From assembly GCF_036321535.1 (NCBI RefSeq), contig NC_087437.1:51772001-51836000 (forward strand): 64,000 bases of DNA. The letters run 5' to 3'. The DNA comes from Camelus dromedarius. Its lineage: Eukaryota. The position numbers were made by a program, and so were the translations under genes. Below, piece after piece: positions 35,901-49,499 of the stretch. Numbering within the stretch: the first letter of the stretch is position 1; every line of letters begins with the position of its first letter. Under the pieces are notes generated by a model. That model made no database searches, had not been told where the DNA came from, and saw nothing but the letters and a program-made list of their open reading frames with translations.

Positions 35901-37859
35901 CCCACTGGAGAAGGCCTTCAGGACTTGCTTCAATCTGCTTTGAATTCTTCCAAGATCCAATTTGTCCAGGCCCTTAATCAGCTGGAAATGGCAGTCATCT
36001 TGGATGCAGGCAAGGGAGCTGCAGCTAGGCTGGACTGGAAATAGAAGTGCATTTTCAAATACTTAGACATTTCCTTTCGAGGGAGGGGGCTGGAGTTGGG
36101 GCTCACAGTCTTCTTGGCTTGAATCCCCAGAAACCTATGGAAGGCCTCACACTGTCTTTTTGTAATCATGCTCACCATGTACATAGAAGAAAGTTGAGTG
36201 CGTTAAAGAGTCAGCCATTCTGTGCTGTAAATTAGGAAGATTCCAGCAACTTAAAAATCTCACAATGCCCTGAGTCTTTCAGTGAGTGCTAGTGTCACCC
36301 TTCCCTGGTGGCCAGCTTGCCATGGGAATATGCACACAGTAGGTTCTCATGAGCACTGGTGCCCCTCCTCCTGGAATGCGCCCGAAACACTTAAGGTTAT
36401 TATAAACAGGTCAAGTCTCACGCCAATTTGTTTAACCTCACACCACGTTGGATATAAATTCCTTAATCTAAATAACGGTCACTCATTTTCCCCCTGCCTT
36501 GAAACAACAGGCATTTCATTCACCCCAGCTAGCAGCGCCTGGCAGACTGGCTAACTGGCTCTTGTGGGCTGAAACGTGCTGCGGCTTGCTCCTGCTCCAT
36601 CTCTCCTCCTCCTCAGCTTTTCTACAAGCCACATGCAAAAATCTGCCCCATTACTCGATTATCACATTTCATATGAAATTAGGTATTGCAGGTCTCATGT
36701 TATTCAATTAGCTTGGCACAGGCTGAGGGCATGACTCAGAGGCACTCCCAGTTTCACCTCCTTCCAGTCGTGGCCTCCTCCTTTATCCTGACCCCTGGGA
36801 GACCCTGTCTTGCCAAGACACCCTTCTTCCTCCTGAGGCTTAGGTTAGACTACACTCTTAGGTCCCTTAGCAGGACAAAGGGCCTTTTATGACCAGCTTC
36901 AGTTACACCCCCTTGAATCCTGACTCGCCAGTGTCTCCTAGAAGTACCCAGATGTATGACCTCCATTTGCCTCCCTGATAGTGTGGCCCGCAGCCCTGCG
37001 GATCAGCTCGGTGCTTAGCCTGGTCCTGGCGGCTTTTTCATTCTTCTCCCTGTCACTAAACTAATGGTTTCTCTAAAAAGCTTCAGGCCTCCAGGCTGCA
37101 GTGTCAGCAGCTCTGGGTGGCCCAGCACACACTTCCTCCAGGTACACGTGAGCGTGCTAAAAATCCTGGTCACACCCACACATCCTGGCCTGGTAACTTC
37201 CCCCTGTTCCACTTTGCAGCCTTCACATTCTCAACTCCCACGTTTACATTTCATCAGAGTCAACCTCAGGCTCTCTGCGATCCCCCCATCAATCCACAGT
37301 GATGTTTTTGGCTATACCCCCTGCCCCTGGAAATGATTTCCCGCCACTCCAGGGGCAGACACACGTGAACTTCCTTTTCTTCCTGGCACAATTTCCCTTC
37401 TGTGCCCAACTGTCTCCAGAGGTGTCAGGAAATGCATTTGGGGTTCATTTGCTCATTCAGCAAAGTTGTCTGAGTACTTACTATATATAAGACTAGATTC
37501 CTTACTTTCAGGATTTATAACCTGGAAGGAGAAGTGAGAAAAAAATACAACTAGTAATAACATGAGAGAAAGTGCCCCTGTGAGAGTGGTAGAGGAAGAC
37601 AGGACACTGGTAAGGCTTAATCTGCATATTCACTCTGGGAATTCTGGGTTATCATGTGTGAATGCCAAGGACTTTTAATGAATCAGCTATGGTTCTGCCC
37701 TGTGGACCTAGACTTACCTTTAGCTAGAAAAGAGTGAAGGAACATTGAAAGATGCAGGTTTTGTTTTCTAACAATGAGCTGAATCAGCTTCCTAAGAAAG
37801 GCTTTCCCCGATTTTGGGGTTCTCTTTGGCAATAAGCCCTCTTAATTGCTCTAAAATTC

Positions 37860-38605
37860 ACATGACTGAAGCAGAATTATAACATTGTCTTGTGGGTTTT
37901 ATAATATATGTAGATGAAATGCATATGATAACTGTAGCATAAAGGATGGGCATGGGGGTAATGAACCTCTGTGGTTGTGAGGTTTCTACATTGTATTTGA
38001 AATAGTAACTCTAAGTGGACTGTGAAGAGTTAAGGATATATGTTGTAATCCCTGGGGCAATCATTAAAAAATTAATGCAAAGAGGTATAACTAGAAATCC
38101 AATAGATAAATTTAAGTGGAATTCTAAAAATCCAAAAGAAGGCAGGGAAGGAGGAACAGAGAAATAGAAAACAGAGGGGGCAAATGAAACTAAATAAAAC
38201 CATATCAATAATTACATTAAATGTTAATGGACTAAACATTGCAATTAAAAGGCAGAGATTGTCAGAATAGACTTTTAAAAAAAGACCTAACTATTTGCAG
38301 TCTGCAAGAGAAGTACTTTAAAGTCACAGATAAATTTTTTTTAAACGGATGAAAAAGTATATACATTCAAAAGCTAAAGAGACTACATTGTCAGAGAAAA
38401 TAGACTTCAAGACAAAGAGTATTACCAGAGGTAAAGAGGAACATTTTATAATGGTAGAAGGGTCAATTCATCAGGAAGGGAAAATACTTACAAATATATA
38501 TGCAACCTATAACAAACAGCTTCAAACACATGAAGCCAAAAAAAAAAAAAAAAAGACAGAATTAAAGGAAGAAATAGGCAACTATAATCACAGATGGAGA
38601 TTTCA
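37860..38605 (+). mobile_element. L1M inter-ORF region + ORF2 endonuclease fragment
   Basis: ISIITLNVNGLN..IKRQRL encoded at ~38203; ORF 38349 SEKIDFKTKSITRGKEEHFIMVEGSIHQE..NIYA is the L1 EN domain. Confidence 0.9.
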
Positions 38606-39145
38606 TTAGTGAGGGTGGAGTTGTCTGATTTCACCTCCAGGACAAACGGATTTGGGAGGCCATCCCCTCAACCAGTACTGGGCTGGGGGTTGGGGGCTGT
38701 AGGCTGTGGTGACACACAAGGAAGAAGCCGGGAGGGGGCCAAGCAGCAGTTCAGCAATGAAACCTGATAAAGTTCTTGGAGGCTGGCACACAGATGGCCC
38801 CAGGTGACAGCCCCAGGTGATTTTCATGGACAGCCTACTACTCAGACTGCCCCTGAGGTGGGGAGGCAGTGGTTGAGAGTATTGAAGCTGGTTCTGAAGA
38901 TAGTGGTGATAATGCCCACGTGGCAGTGGTCACTTTTGTTGGCTGTCCTGGAACAGGATGCCAAGTAGTGGAGAGGAAAACACCAGTGGAGGCCAAAAAA
39001 GCTTTACCCACTTCATTATTAGCTGCTCAGGATTCCTTTATAATATACCTGATGAGTGGGCTCAGGTGTCAAGACCACAACAAGAGCTAACCTTACCCTT
39101 AATTGTCATCAAGACTGATGTTGTCTAAGGAGGCAAGAGGTAGAC

Positions 39146-39300
39146 CAATGGTTCTCGAACTTGAGTGTGCAGCAGAATCACCTGGAGGGCTTGTTAAAGC
39201 AGATTACTGGGCTCCATGCCCAAAGTTTCTGATTCAGCAAGGATGAGGTGGGATCAGATGCTGACGCTGCTGATCTGGAGATACACTTGGAGAACCACTA
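39146..39300. mobile_element. MER5A (hAT-Charlie) MITE, internally deleted
   Basis: TIRs caatggttctc / gagaaccacta; 8-bp TSD aggtagac (39138-39145) / aggtaaac (39301-39308). Confidence 0.9.
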
Positions 39301-39524
39301 AGGTAAACAAGTGCCAAGGGGACCCAGAAGAGGGAAGAGCCTTTTTTGACACACTGAGTCCATGTGGTGGGTCATAGTTGGGGGTCAGGCTGAGGGCCAT
39401 GCCAAGTAGAGGAGACAGAAAAATACAAGGTGCATTTATGGAGCTGAACCCTAATATCCATATAAGGAGCAGAGCAGAGAAGCTCTGCTTCTCTGGACCA
39501 GAATCCCAGTCAGGCTTGGTCTAA

Positions 39525-39730
39525 CTTAGGGATGAAAAGCACAGGCTCAGAAATCGGAGAGGTGGGTTCAAAACCTGGTTCTGCCGCTTAGCAGTTGTGT
39601 AACCTAAAAGAAGTTACCTAAACTCTCAGAGCTTCAGTTTCACAATCTGCAAAATGGAGTTAATGCTAACACCTCCTAATAGGATTGCTGGTGAGGGAAT
39701 GCAGGTGAATTCCTGGCACGTAGTAAGCTT
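39525..39730 (+). mobile_element. MIR SINE
   Basis: gggttcaaaacctggttctgcc...cttcagtttcacaatctgcaaaatgg...cctggcacgtagtaag. Confidence 0.85.
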
Positions 39731-42723
39731 TCAGGCAGTCGATGCTATGGTTCTTGCTGAACACAAGGCTAAGGGTTTGCAGGCAGCGCACACATGGCTG
39801 ACCCATCTGCGGGCCGGTGTTGCTCATATCAGGCCTGGGCTGCAACTTTGGCAACAAGCTAGTCAGATGATATTTGTGAAACTCTTCCTCAGGACATGGG
39901 CTTCTGTCTCAAAGAGTTCCAGGCCTCCAGCTGAAGGTGATCACTTTCCTGGAAATCAGGTTGCCCCCCGCAGCCCTGCTTTGGTCCTTCCTGAGCCCCT
40001 CTGCAACCACAAGGGGTGGCTGAGGCAGCTCCACCAAGGCCAAGGCAGAGGAGCTGCAAGCAACCTTGCCTTAGGATTTATTTGCCGTCTTTTGGAGTTA
40101 TCAGCTGGCATCCAACAGTGTGAAAGGCAGCAGCTTTTGGATGTCTTTTTTTTTTTTTTTTTTACACTAAGAAGCAAAGGAGATTTAGTCCATCTGCATT
40201 AAGAAAAGGGAATTCATCCCCCACCCCCACCCCCTCCATGTTCTGAGATAAATTGGTTCATTTCCATGAAAATTGAAACTCAGAGAAGAATCCTTGCTGC
40301 AGTGCCTTTTGGACTGTAAGCTAAATGGGGAGGGGGGAGATGTATGCCCAGGATAGAGAGGCTGTGCCTGTTCCCCATCCTTTCCTGGTGCCACACTGAA
40401 CCCCAGGATATGGGCACCAGCTCCTGAGTGGTTCTGTGTGGTTCTGAATCTGTGCCGGCAGCCCTACAGGAATGTGGGTGCTGGCTTAGATTAGACTGGG
40501 GGTTCCATAACTCCTTGGAAATCATAATCTGGCTCCTGTTCCCCACCTTCCTTGGTAGCCAGCCTTTCACCAAGGCCACTACCCCTCGCTTCAATCTGAT
40601 ATAATTTGAGTTCTCTTCTTACCAACTAAGGCTTTATCATGTCCTGTAGCCATGTTCTTTCAGGACCTTACCATGGAGAATGGGCAGGCATGGGATGAGA
40701 GACACTGGTCCCACAGACTGGAGTCTCCTCTGGCAGTTTCCTCACCCTAGGGCTTGTCCACAGCCAATTCTGACCACTCAGTTAGGGTGCCTTGCCCCCA
40801 TTACCATCTCAGTTAATCCTCATCCCCACCCCCTGTACTCTGCCTTTGTGGTTTGAATGGAGCTCAGGATAAAGCCAAGCCTGGTCATCTTGGAGAAGCA
40901 TTGTTTGTGGTTGGAAATCATAAGTAAAATTTGAAAAATAGTCAAAGAAAATCCTGCTTAGGGAAGCAAGTTTCCCAGAAGGGGGAAAAAAGCCAATTGG
41001 CAAAGTCCAACAGGAATAATCAGAAATAGTCTCTGGATTATTCACCTTTGGTATCACCCACCCCCTCCCTATCCTTCCCTGCAGCATGGGTAACCGAGAG
41101 ATACCCACATTAAGGTGATTGTCTAGGAAGAATCAACTTAGACACAAAGCCAAATTCCTGAGCAGTTTCCACTGCAATCCACATTCCCTCACGCTGCCTC
41201 CTCCAACTCTGCCTTCATCCAAATGCAGCTCACATTATGTATCTGCTCCCTGGGGGCGCTTGGCCCGGGCAGATGTTTGTGGCAGAACCCTGGGACCCAT
41301 CCAAGGGTTACACCTTCTGGGCCCTGCGTGGGGAGTAGGTACAGCTTAAAGGTGTAGGTGGATTTATCTCATCGGCCAAGTATTGCCTGAGTGAATGTCT
41401 GCATGAACAAAAGGACAGTGAACTCTAACTTAGCCTTGCAAATCAGTCCCCCAGCTTTCCCAGCCCAGGTTGGAGTATTTTCCTCCCAGGGGACTGAGTA
41501 GAATAAATAAGGCAGCAGCCCAGATGGGAGGTGGGGTACCTGGTTCTGAACCAGCTGAGTCATCCCTCCAGTCCTTCCCCTCATCCCCACCCTCCTCTAT
41601 AGCTTTAATTCAGCCTCCATCTTCCCTTGCCCCCAGTAGGCATCAGCATCCCTGCCTCCACTCACCACAGAGTGAACTTCTTACAAAGTAAACGTGAGTA
41701 TGTGAATGGCTCAGGGGTTTACCCACAGGGACAACCAGCTCTGCAGAGGCCTGGAAGGGAAATGGTCTCAGTCTAGGTTAGGCCTGAGCTCTTAGCCCCA
41801 CGAGGTCAGGGGGTTTTGGTTGGTCCTTCTGGTCCAGTTCGGGGTCGGGGGACTCATCTCCCTTGAAGAATGTTATCACCAGGACAACCATAGGTACTTA
41901 AGCCCTCCCACTTGTTTAACCAACCTGGGGGAGGAAAGTGCTCCTCTCAGAACCCCCCTCTGTGCCCTCTCTGTTCTGCAAGGCATGGGCCTCTGCAGAG
42001 GTTTGTGGAATGACTCTGAGGCATCTGGGAATGCAGCTTTGGAGTGGGGATGAAGATGGATCATGTTTCTCTCCCAGGCCCTCCCCCGACTCCCTGGGAC
42101 CCAGGAGCAGCAGGAGCCTGGCCTCTGAGAGTTGACTGGCCTATTTTTAGTTTGGATTCTAGCTCATAAACCTGATTGTTTTTGTTTTTTGCCGAATTTG
42201 GGCCAGGTCCTAGTGGTTTCCTAGGACCCTGGCTTGGGTTGTTGAAGGTCTGTGGGACATGAGCTGCTACAGCAGGGAAGTCCCACCAGCTTCCTGTCCC
42301 AGGGCCCTGGCAGAACACAGACAGCCTACCAAAGCTGCTGGGGCCCGGACCAGCCACCCCAGTTGGAAGAGGAAGGAACCTGGGCCTCCCAGCGCTGAGC
42401 CTTTGGTGATTTGGGGTAGGAGGGGTGTAGACTTAACATCCTGTTTAAATTTGGCACTAGTCAAATTTTTTAACAGGGGTTAAAACTCCCTGCTCCTCCC
42501 TCTCCCAGGCCTTCCTCACATAGCCCTCTAATCAATCTTTCACTTTTGGCTCTAATTCTGCCTTTCACCTTGGAGCTTGGGGCCTGGCTGAGGGAGGAGC
42601 AGTGTGATCACTGTGATTTCTTGAATGCTGTCTCTGAACAGAGCTGACCACCGACAGGCTGCCGGGAAGCCCAGCAGCAGCCAGGGGACCAAAGATGGGA
42701 AAGAGGAGAGGAGAGACGGAGGG

Positions 42724-42734
42724 GTGTGTGCGCA

Positions 42735-42767
<33 letters not shown>
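42724..42767. repeat. Alternating purine-pyrimidine (TG)n tract
   Basis: gtgtgtgcgcatgcgtgtgt... uninterrupted alternation for 44 bp. Confidence 0.9.
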
Positions 42768-42768
<1 letters not shown>

Positions 42769-42829
42769 GTCACATGTAAGCATGTTGGGGCTAGAAGTGG
42801 TGGTGCAGGAGGTCTGAGAGAAAAGGCAA

Positions 42830-43230
42830 GAAAGAAGGAAAAATGCCTAATTACAGCCAGGCACAACTGCCCTCGAGCCCAGTCCCTGGCTGGCCGGCCA
42901 TGTGAGTAGAGGCTCTGTGAGCAAACGCCCAGCCCCTCTGTGATTCCCGGGCGGAGGAGCCCACATTCCTGCCCGGCAAAGGCCGCTTTAATCAAGGCTC
43001 CAGATCCTTCCTGCAGCCGCCCGGGGGGGACTGTAACGCTAAACACATTAGTGTGTGAGATTGAAAGGTAACACATTCTCATGGAAGCCCCCGAAACAAT
43101 GGGCCTCGGGTCTGGGTTTCATTTGGAGGAACTGTGCGGTGGGAATTTCTCTAATCAAATAAAAGGAAAATGAAAAACTCTATCGTTTGCAAACTTTAAT
43201 GCTCTTAATTGCATTAATCTGAAAAACATA
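42830..43230. promoter_or_regulatory. Candidate conserved enhancer
   Basis: No recognisable repeat, retained CpGs, clustered TAAT cores and SOX site AACAATG; conservation not testable here. Confidence 0.45.
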
Positions 43231-46200
43231 CAAGGTCTTTCTGAATGTGGTGTTGGAGCCTGATAGGAGAGGAAGCTGGGGGCCCAGCTGTGCAGCAGCG
43301 GGAGTCCGATGGCAGCAAAGGGTGCCCTGGAGAGGAGCCCATGTGGCCAGGACTTGAAGAATGGCCTGGCAGAGACCCAAGTGATAGGAGGTTAGGCCTC
43401 TGTCCCCCTGTCGCCCCTCCCAGCCCTGGTATTTCCGGGGCCTCCATGGTGGCTGAAGAGGCCTGAGAGCCCCATCAGGCCACTTGGCTTGGACCTGCTG
43501 CTGTCACTCACCCTCATCTGCCCGAACCCGAGAGGGAGGGGCAGGTTCTCACTGCTCCGTCAGCACCCACAGCCCAGGGCCAGCTGCTCATCTTATGACA
43601 CAGCCCACCCTGGACGTCTCCAGGGGTCTGAATCCCAGTCTGCTCCTTCGTTCTCATTCCGCCATATTGAACCTGCAAGAGTTTACCAGCCTTTTCCTGC
43701 CCCGACCTCTGTCTCCATGGAGGATGGAGCAGAAAGAAACAACCTGCTTTGGGGTGTTGAGTCTGGCGGGATGGGATCTGAGCTCCCTGAAGCCTGAAGG
43801 ATTATGGCCTTCTCACCGCCCTTTGCTGCAGGGCCTGGGACCAGGAAGTGCTCAGGTCTCCCCTGAGTCAGGGCTGAGGACAGTGGACCGGGCCCTACAG
43901 GGAGCTGTGGAGGCTAGAATTTCCTAACTCACTGAGGCACAGCCCTCCTGGAAAGTCTGGTGAGAGCTGGAGGCCACTCCACAGAAAAGTGCAGATCTGC
44001 ACATGTGTGTGCACGAGTGCGTGTGCTCGCACACACACACACCACACACACACACACAGGCTTGCACATGAGTTCAGAGGTTTCACAAGACCTGTAATCC
44101 ATGTTTGAGGAGCCAGGTTAAGTCCTGCTCCTCAGTCTTGCAAGGCGTTGACCCGCTGGAAGACTTCCAGGGGAGTGGGGTTCCGGGCGCTGAGGCGGGG
44201 TGCAAGACAGGGGTGCGGACAGGTCTCTGGGGCTGAAGAGGACTGAAATATGGAAATTCGAGGCTGTGACTCAGATGTGCCAGGCACCAGACACATTGGT
44301 GTTTAACCCCAGCTCCTCTACTCTCAACCTGCGTGACCCTGAGGCAATCAACCTTCTTCTGTAGGAGTAATGTAAACCCCACCAGGGCTGTAAATGTTGG
44401 TTCCCCTCGGGGGCCTCCAGTCCTTGGGAGACCACGAGGGAGTGAAGGTTGGCCATGTATTCACAGGAGCTTCAGGCCTTTGGTTTTAGTGGCTACACCA
44501 AGGGCTCTCTTTCTCCATCCCATAGTTTCCTCCCTGAATCACTGTTGTCTGGTGGCTCCTTCAACCTGGAATTACTGTCTCATCCTTGAACTTGGAAGCT
44601 CTTCTCATCTCTCAAGTGTCACCTTCTCTGTGAAGGCCTGTGACATCTGTGGGAGAACTGAGTCCCCTGGGTGGTAGGCTGGGGCGTGTTATTGTTCCTA
44701 TTCTCTGGAAAACTGAGGCTCTGAGAGGTTTATTGAATTGCCCAAGGTCACAGAGCAGCAGAATCAGGACTAATATTCCTGATAATGGCCTTCATTTTCT
44801 GGCATCTGCCGTGAGCCCAGCACTGTGTCGCTCACTTTGTATACATGAGCTTGTTGCATTTACAGAACCTTTGGCTTCAGGGCCACATTCTTTCCCAACA
44901 CCACAGTGCCTCTCAAAGACAGGACAGAAAACCAGGAGGCTTCCAGCGCTCTTCTTAAATCTTTCCTCTTGAAGAATTTTGTCAACCATCAGCCAACACC
45001 ACTTACTTAGAGCTCTAGGCGTGGACAGATGAGGGACACAGTTCTTGCTCGGGTGGAATGCAGGCTCCTAGGGCAGCCAGACTGTACCCTCCAGGGGGAA
45101 ATGGGAAAGAGGGGACAATCTGCATCTCATGCTGGTTCTGCCAGCAGCTCTGTGCCCTTGAGTAAGTGGTAAAGCGCCCAGCCTCAGTTTCTGCATTTGT
45201 ACCACAGGAAGCTAGAGGCTTAAGACCTCTAAGGGCACCACTGGCCCTAGGAGTCTAGAATTCTGTGACTTCTGAGAGTGCCATAGGCTAGCTATGCCTG
45301 GGCACAGTGAAGGAGGTAGTGATCAGCAGGGGTTCTCATGACAGTGCCTCAGTTTGCTCTAATCTTGCAGCTTCATTGTCTGCCACAGCTCAGAACTCAT
45401 GGGTGGATGCTCATCTGGGATACGGGGAGCCCTGGTTAAGATGATTTACAAAAGCAGAATGTGCTCAGGTTAGCAGGGCCTGATGGTGTGCTGGGGATCA
45501 GGCAGATGTGCTCCCTAAGCTGGCAGATGTTATTTTTTAAGAACTTCTGAAGGCATAGTCCTGGGGGAGGCAATCTCCTGGCCTTGTCTCTCTTGTGCCC
45601 CAGCAAATGCTCAGCAAATTATGAACATGACCCGATTTAATCTTCCCATCTGATCTATTGGGGAAGAACATTGCCTCCCACTCCATCCCAGATCTAGAGG
45701 CAAAAGCAGCCCGTAAGGTGTGTAAGGTTACCTGGCTGGGAAGTGGTAGAGCAGATGCAAACCCAGGCCCAGGTGGTGCCAATGCCCAGGGGCTGTCCAC
45801 TCCACCTGCACCTCGTCTCCATCGGGGGAGGGTGCAAATGACAGAGCTGACAGGTGAGTTCCAACAATCGGGATACTCAAAGAAGGTCACCTCCAATGAG
45901 ATAGTTGCAAACTGAGTACTGGTGTGCCTCCATTTAAGCAAATCCAGTGTACCCAAATCTAGAAATAGTTCCTTCTATTGGGACTCTTTCCCATATGAAT
46001 TCATTCCCATATGAAAAAGAATCACTGGTTCTTTTCTTTAAAAAGCCAGTTCCATTAGTGCATTAAAAATACGACTCAAGTTGCCAAATGTGATTTCATA
46101 TGCAACCCCCTCTCCCCACTCCCAGCCCCAACATACTTCTCACTCCTGATCCCAAAGGAATACTCTGCCTTGCCTAAAGAGAGGTTTGCCTACAGTGAGT

Positions 46201-47074
46201 TGGGGGGAGCTGGTGATCAACATGGCAAACACATGTCCTGGATTTTCTGAGACTGTTCACTTTCTAATATTAGGTTTCCACTGTCCCATGAGAATTCTTG
46301 GAACTATAAAGCCTTGGGGTCTGATGCTTTAGTTTGTACAGTGTGGTCACCATGGAGAGGAGGACACCATCCTGTCGGACCTGACAGGGCTGAAGGTTCT
46401 GCCTGGTCAGAGAGGGGAGCCCAGAGCCAAGCCTCTGAGGTGGGGTGGGGGTGCTGGGGTGTGGGGTGAGTTGGCTGAGTGGCAGCCCCCTGGGTTCCTG
46501 GGATCTATTAGCCAGCATGCCTTGCAAAGCAGGCAAGCTGCAGAGATCCAGGGCTCCCTCCCGGCGCTCCTCTGCATGGGAAGTGGGCGGGCAGGCCCTG
46601 GAGGGTGGCCAGGGAAGAGCAGCTCCGTGATTAAAGGCTTGGAGACCAAGACTTTTGAAGCGAGACCCGAGACCCGGATGGCTGGTTATTTATGCATTCG
46701 GCTCTGGGCCCGGCCTCTACCCGACCCCACCACCCAGCTACTCTGACCCTTAGCCCAGCCCTGGGCCAAGGATTTCCAAACTTTGCCTGAGGACCTGGGG
46801 TGTGCTGGCAGGGGCTTTAACCCACAGCATCCTGAATCTGCCTGATGAGCCTATGGGCTGAGAATTACTAAGCCCCATTTTACAGGTGAGGACACTGGGT
46901 TGAAATATTTTGCTCAAGGTCAACATGGCCAAGTGGAACAAAGACCCAGTTCTGATTCCATCTCATTACAGCAAAAACAGACATGACAAAAGGTGCAGGA
47001 AGGAAATCTGACTGAACCCCTCTGATGACAGGGTTGTTTCCCCTGGGCTGTTTATATGTGAAATGAGAGTTCTT

Positions 47075-47225
47075 TTTTCGGTGGGTGTGGGGCGGGGAGG
47101 GGAGGGAGTTAATTCGGTTTGTTTGTTTGTTTGTTTGTTTAAATAGAAGTACTGGGGATTGAACCCAGGACCTCATGCACGCTTAGCATGCACTCTACCC
47201 CCGAACTATACCCTCCCTCAACCCA
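47075..47225 (-). mobile_element. tRNA-derived camelid SINE (Vic-1-like)
   Basis: ggggattgaacccaggacctcatgcac...ctataccctcc; TSD gagagtKctt at 47065-47074 and 47226-47235. Confidence 0.9.
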
Positions 47226-47249
47226 GAGAGTGCTTAAAATAGTAATAAT

Positions 47250-47470
47250 AATGAGATAGCTGCTCCATACCACTTACTGAACAGTTACTACATGCTCAAT
47301 GTTTCTGCATGTAATCCTTCCAACGATTTCCCGAGGTAGATATTACAATCCTCGTTTTACAAAGGAGGACACTGACACTCGGAGACTTTACCTGACTTGC
47401 TCATGGTCACAGAAGCAGGGTTTCAAGTTTGGATGGTTCTGTCTTCAGAGCCCATGGTCCTTCCATCACC
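47250..47470 (-). mobile_element. MIR SINE
   Basis: gaggtagatattacaatcctcgttttacaaaggaggacactgac...atggtcacag. Confidence 0.75.
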
Positions 47471-49499
47471 CCATGCCCCATGCAGCACCCACATTGTGGC
47501 TCCTGGAACTGCTCCATCTCTGGGAAGGACATTTGGGGAATGACTCGGGAGCCATCCTGGGAGCAGTTGTAGAGCACAGGAGGGTTGCCCCAGGAGGCTG
47601 CTGGCTAGTTAGCTGTTTTCCAGGGCCTTACACTAGCCTGCCTCCATGCATTGGCTTGTGCTATTTCCTTTCTGCATTAAAAACTTTTTTTTTTTTAACA
47701 TGTCAAATCCTACCCATCCATTAGGACTGAGCTCAGGTGGCTCGTCTTCCATAACTCCTCCCTGACCTCCCAATCACAGTGCGTACTCCCTCTGCCAAAT
47801 CTCTCTCTGCCTCTTGTGTAGCAGGTAGGACCCTAGGCCTTTCCTGTTTGTTTGGCTCACATGGTTGGAGGGGAGAGCTTGATTTATGTTTAAGGAAGGG
47901 CTTCCTGGCTGAAACTTCAGAGAGGGGATTATGGAGTTCCAATCTGAGAAGCTTGAGTCATAGAGAACGGTTTCTCTTGGTGAATTGGGTGATGAGGCGG
48001 CGAGGCCCACCCGCTTCACAGCCTCAGGCACAGACGAAGCTCCGGTCCTGCCTCTGCTTCCCTCACCGGTCCATGTTGCTCCTTCACATTTGGAAGTCTG
48101 GGGTTTCCTGGCAAGTGCATGACAGCCCTTCCTCTTATGAGCTGCTTGGTTCCATCATGATGTTGGAGAAAGAACTCAGGACCAGAGGTCCTACAGGCCT
48201 GGGGTTTGGTAGCCTTAGCCCGTGTGTGCCTGTGTGAACTTGCACAAGACAGCTTCCCTCTCTGGGCCTCGAACTGGGAAAACCTACTGGATTCAGGAAA
48301 TACAAAGATCCATAACAAAGAGTCACTGTTCTCAAGAAGCTCCCAGTCTAGAGAGGGATAGAGTCAGGTAAGATGGACAGAGACATCTTCTGCGGTAGAA
48401 GGATGGACAATACTGAGGGGAAACGGGGAAGGTCAGAGGATACAGTGACCACCCTGTCAGGGGGAATTAGGGGTCCTCACAGAAGAGGTGACATCTGAAT
48501 AAGGATTTGAAGGATAATGGGAGTTTGTCAGGCAGAGAAGTGGGTGGGGCACCCCACCTTGGTGTTTACCTGACCCCTGTTCCTGACTTCTGATAATGAT
48601 ATGTCTTGGCTTTCAGAGAGAGTCCTGGCAACCCTAGTGAAACCTCAACTCAGCCACCATTTACATCCTGGCAAGACTCTGAAAGAGTGGCTCGCCGAGG
48701 AAATGGGTGGAAGGATTGGAGCAGAAACCAGCCAGAGGAGGGAGATTTGAGAGGTAAATAAATATCCAATAGCATTAAGTGCTACAGGGATCAGGAGAGA
48801 TGAGAATGGTGAAAAGGAAGAAAATGATTGGAATTAGGAAAAAAGACTGGAAGGAAGTATGCCCAAATGCTCACCGTGCTCGCCTCACGGCAGTGTGATT
48901 ATGTACGGCTAATTCTTTCATCTGCTCCCACGCATTACTCTGTACTTGCCAGTGTTTCTACAATGAAGCATTTATTTGATAATCAAGAAGCAGAACAATT
49001 GGAACTTGTTTAGAAAAGAAGTCACTGGTGACCTTGGCAAGAACGGCTCCGGTAGAGTTGTTCGGCCAAGCCAGATTGCAGGGCATTAAGAACGTGGCAG
49101 GGGGTGAGGAGGCGGAAGTGTGTGTGCAACACTCGGAGAGGTTTGGCAGTAAATGGAAGGACAGAGATGATACCTGGAGGCAGCAAGGCCAAGCAAGGAT
49201 GTTTGTGTTTTATTGAAGGGGGGAGGGACTTTTAAAAGTGATGAAATTTCCTGAATTAAAAAAATCAAGATCTTAGAAGGACTTTTGTGTCTCTTCTGGG
49301 TTGTAAGACACAGAAGGAGGAAATTTATTGGAATTTTGGGGACTTTTCTGTGGCTCTGGGGGACAAGTCAAAAAAAATGATACAAAACTGGGACTGTCCT
49401 GGAAAATCCAGGCTTTATGGCTATGGAATACTGTGTGGGCTGCCAATCAGAGAGGATGAACAAATAAAGGGGAATATAAAGAGGATGCTGAGAAGTAGG

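Noticed and set aside
39654..40202. 182-aa ORF
   Set aside because: Starts inside a MIR and runs through a poly-T tract; no domain features
44003..44058. Hairpin-like TG then CA arrangement
   Set aside because: Complementarity comes from dinucleotide repeats only
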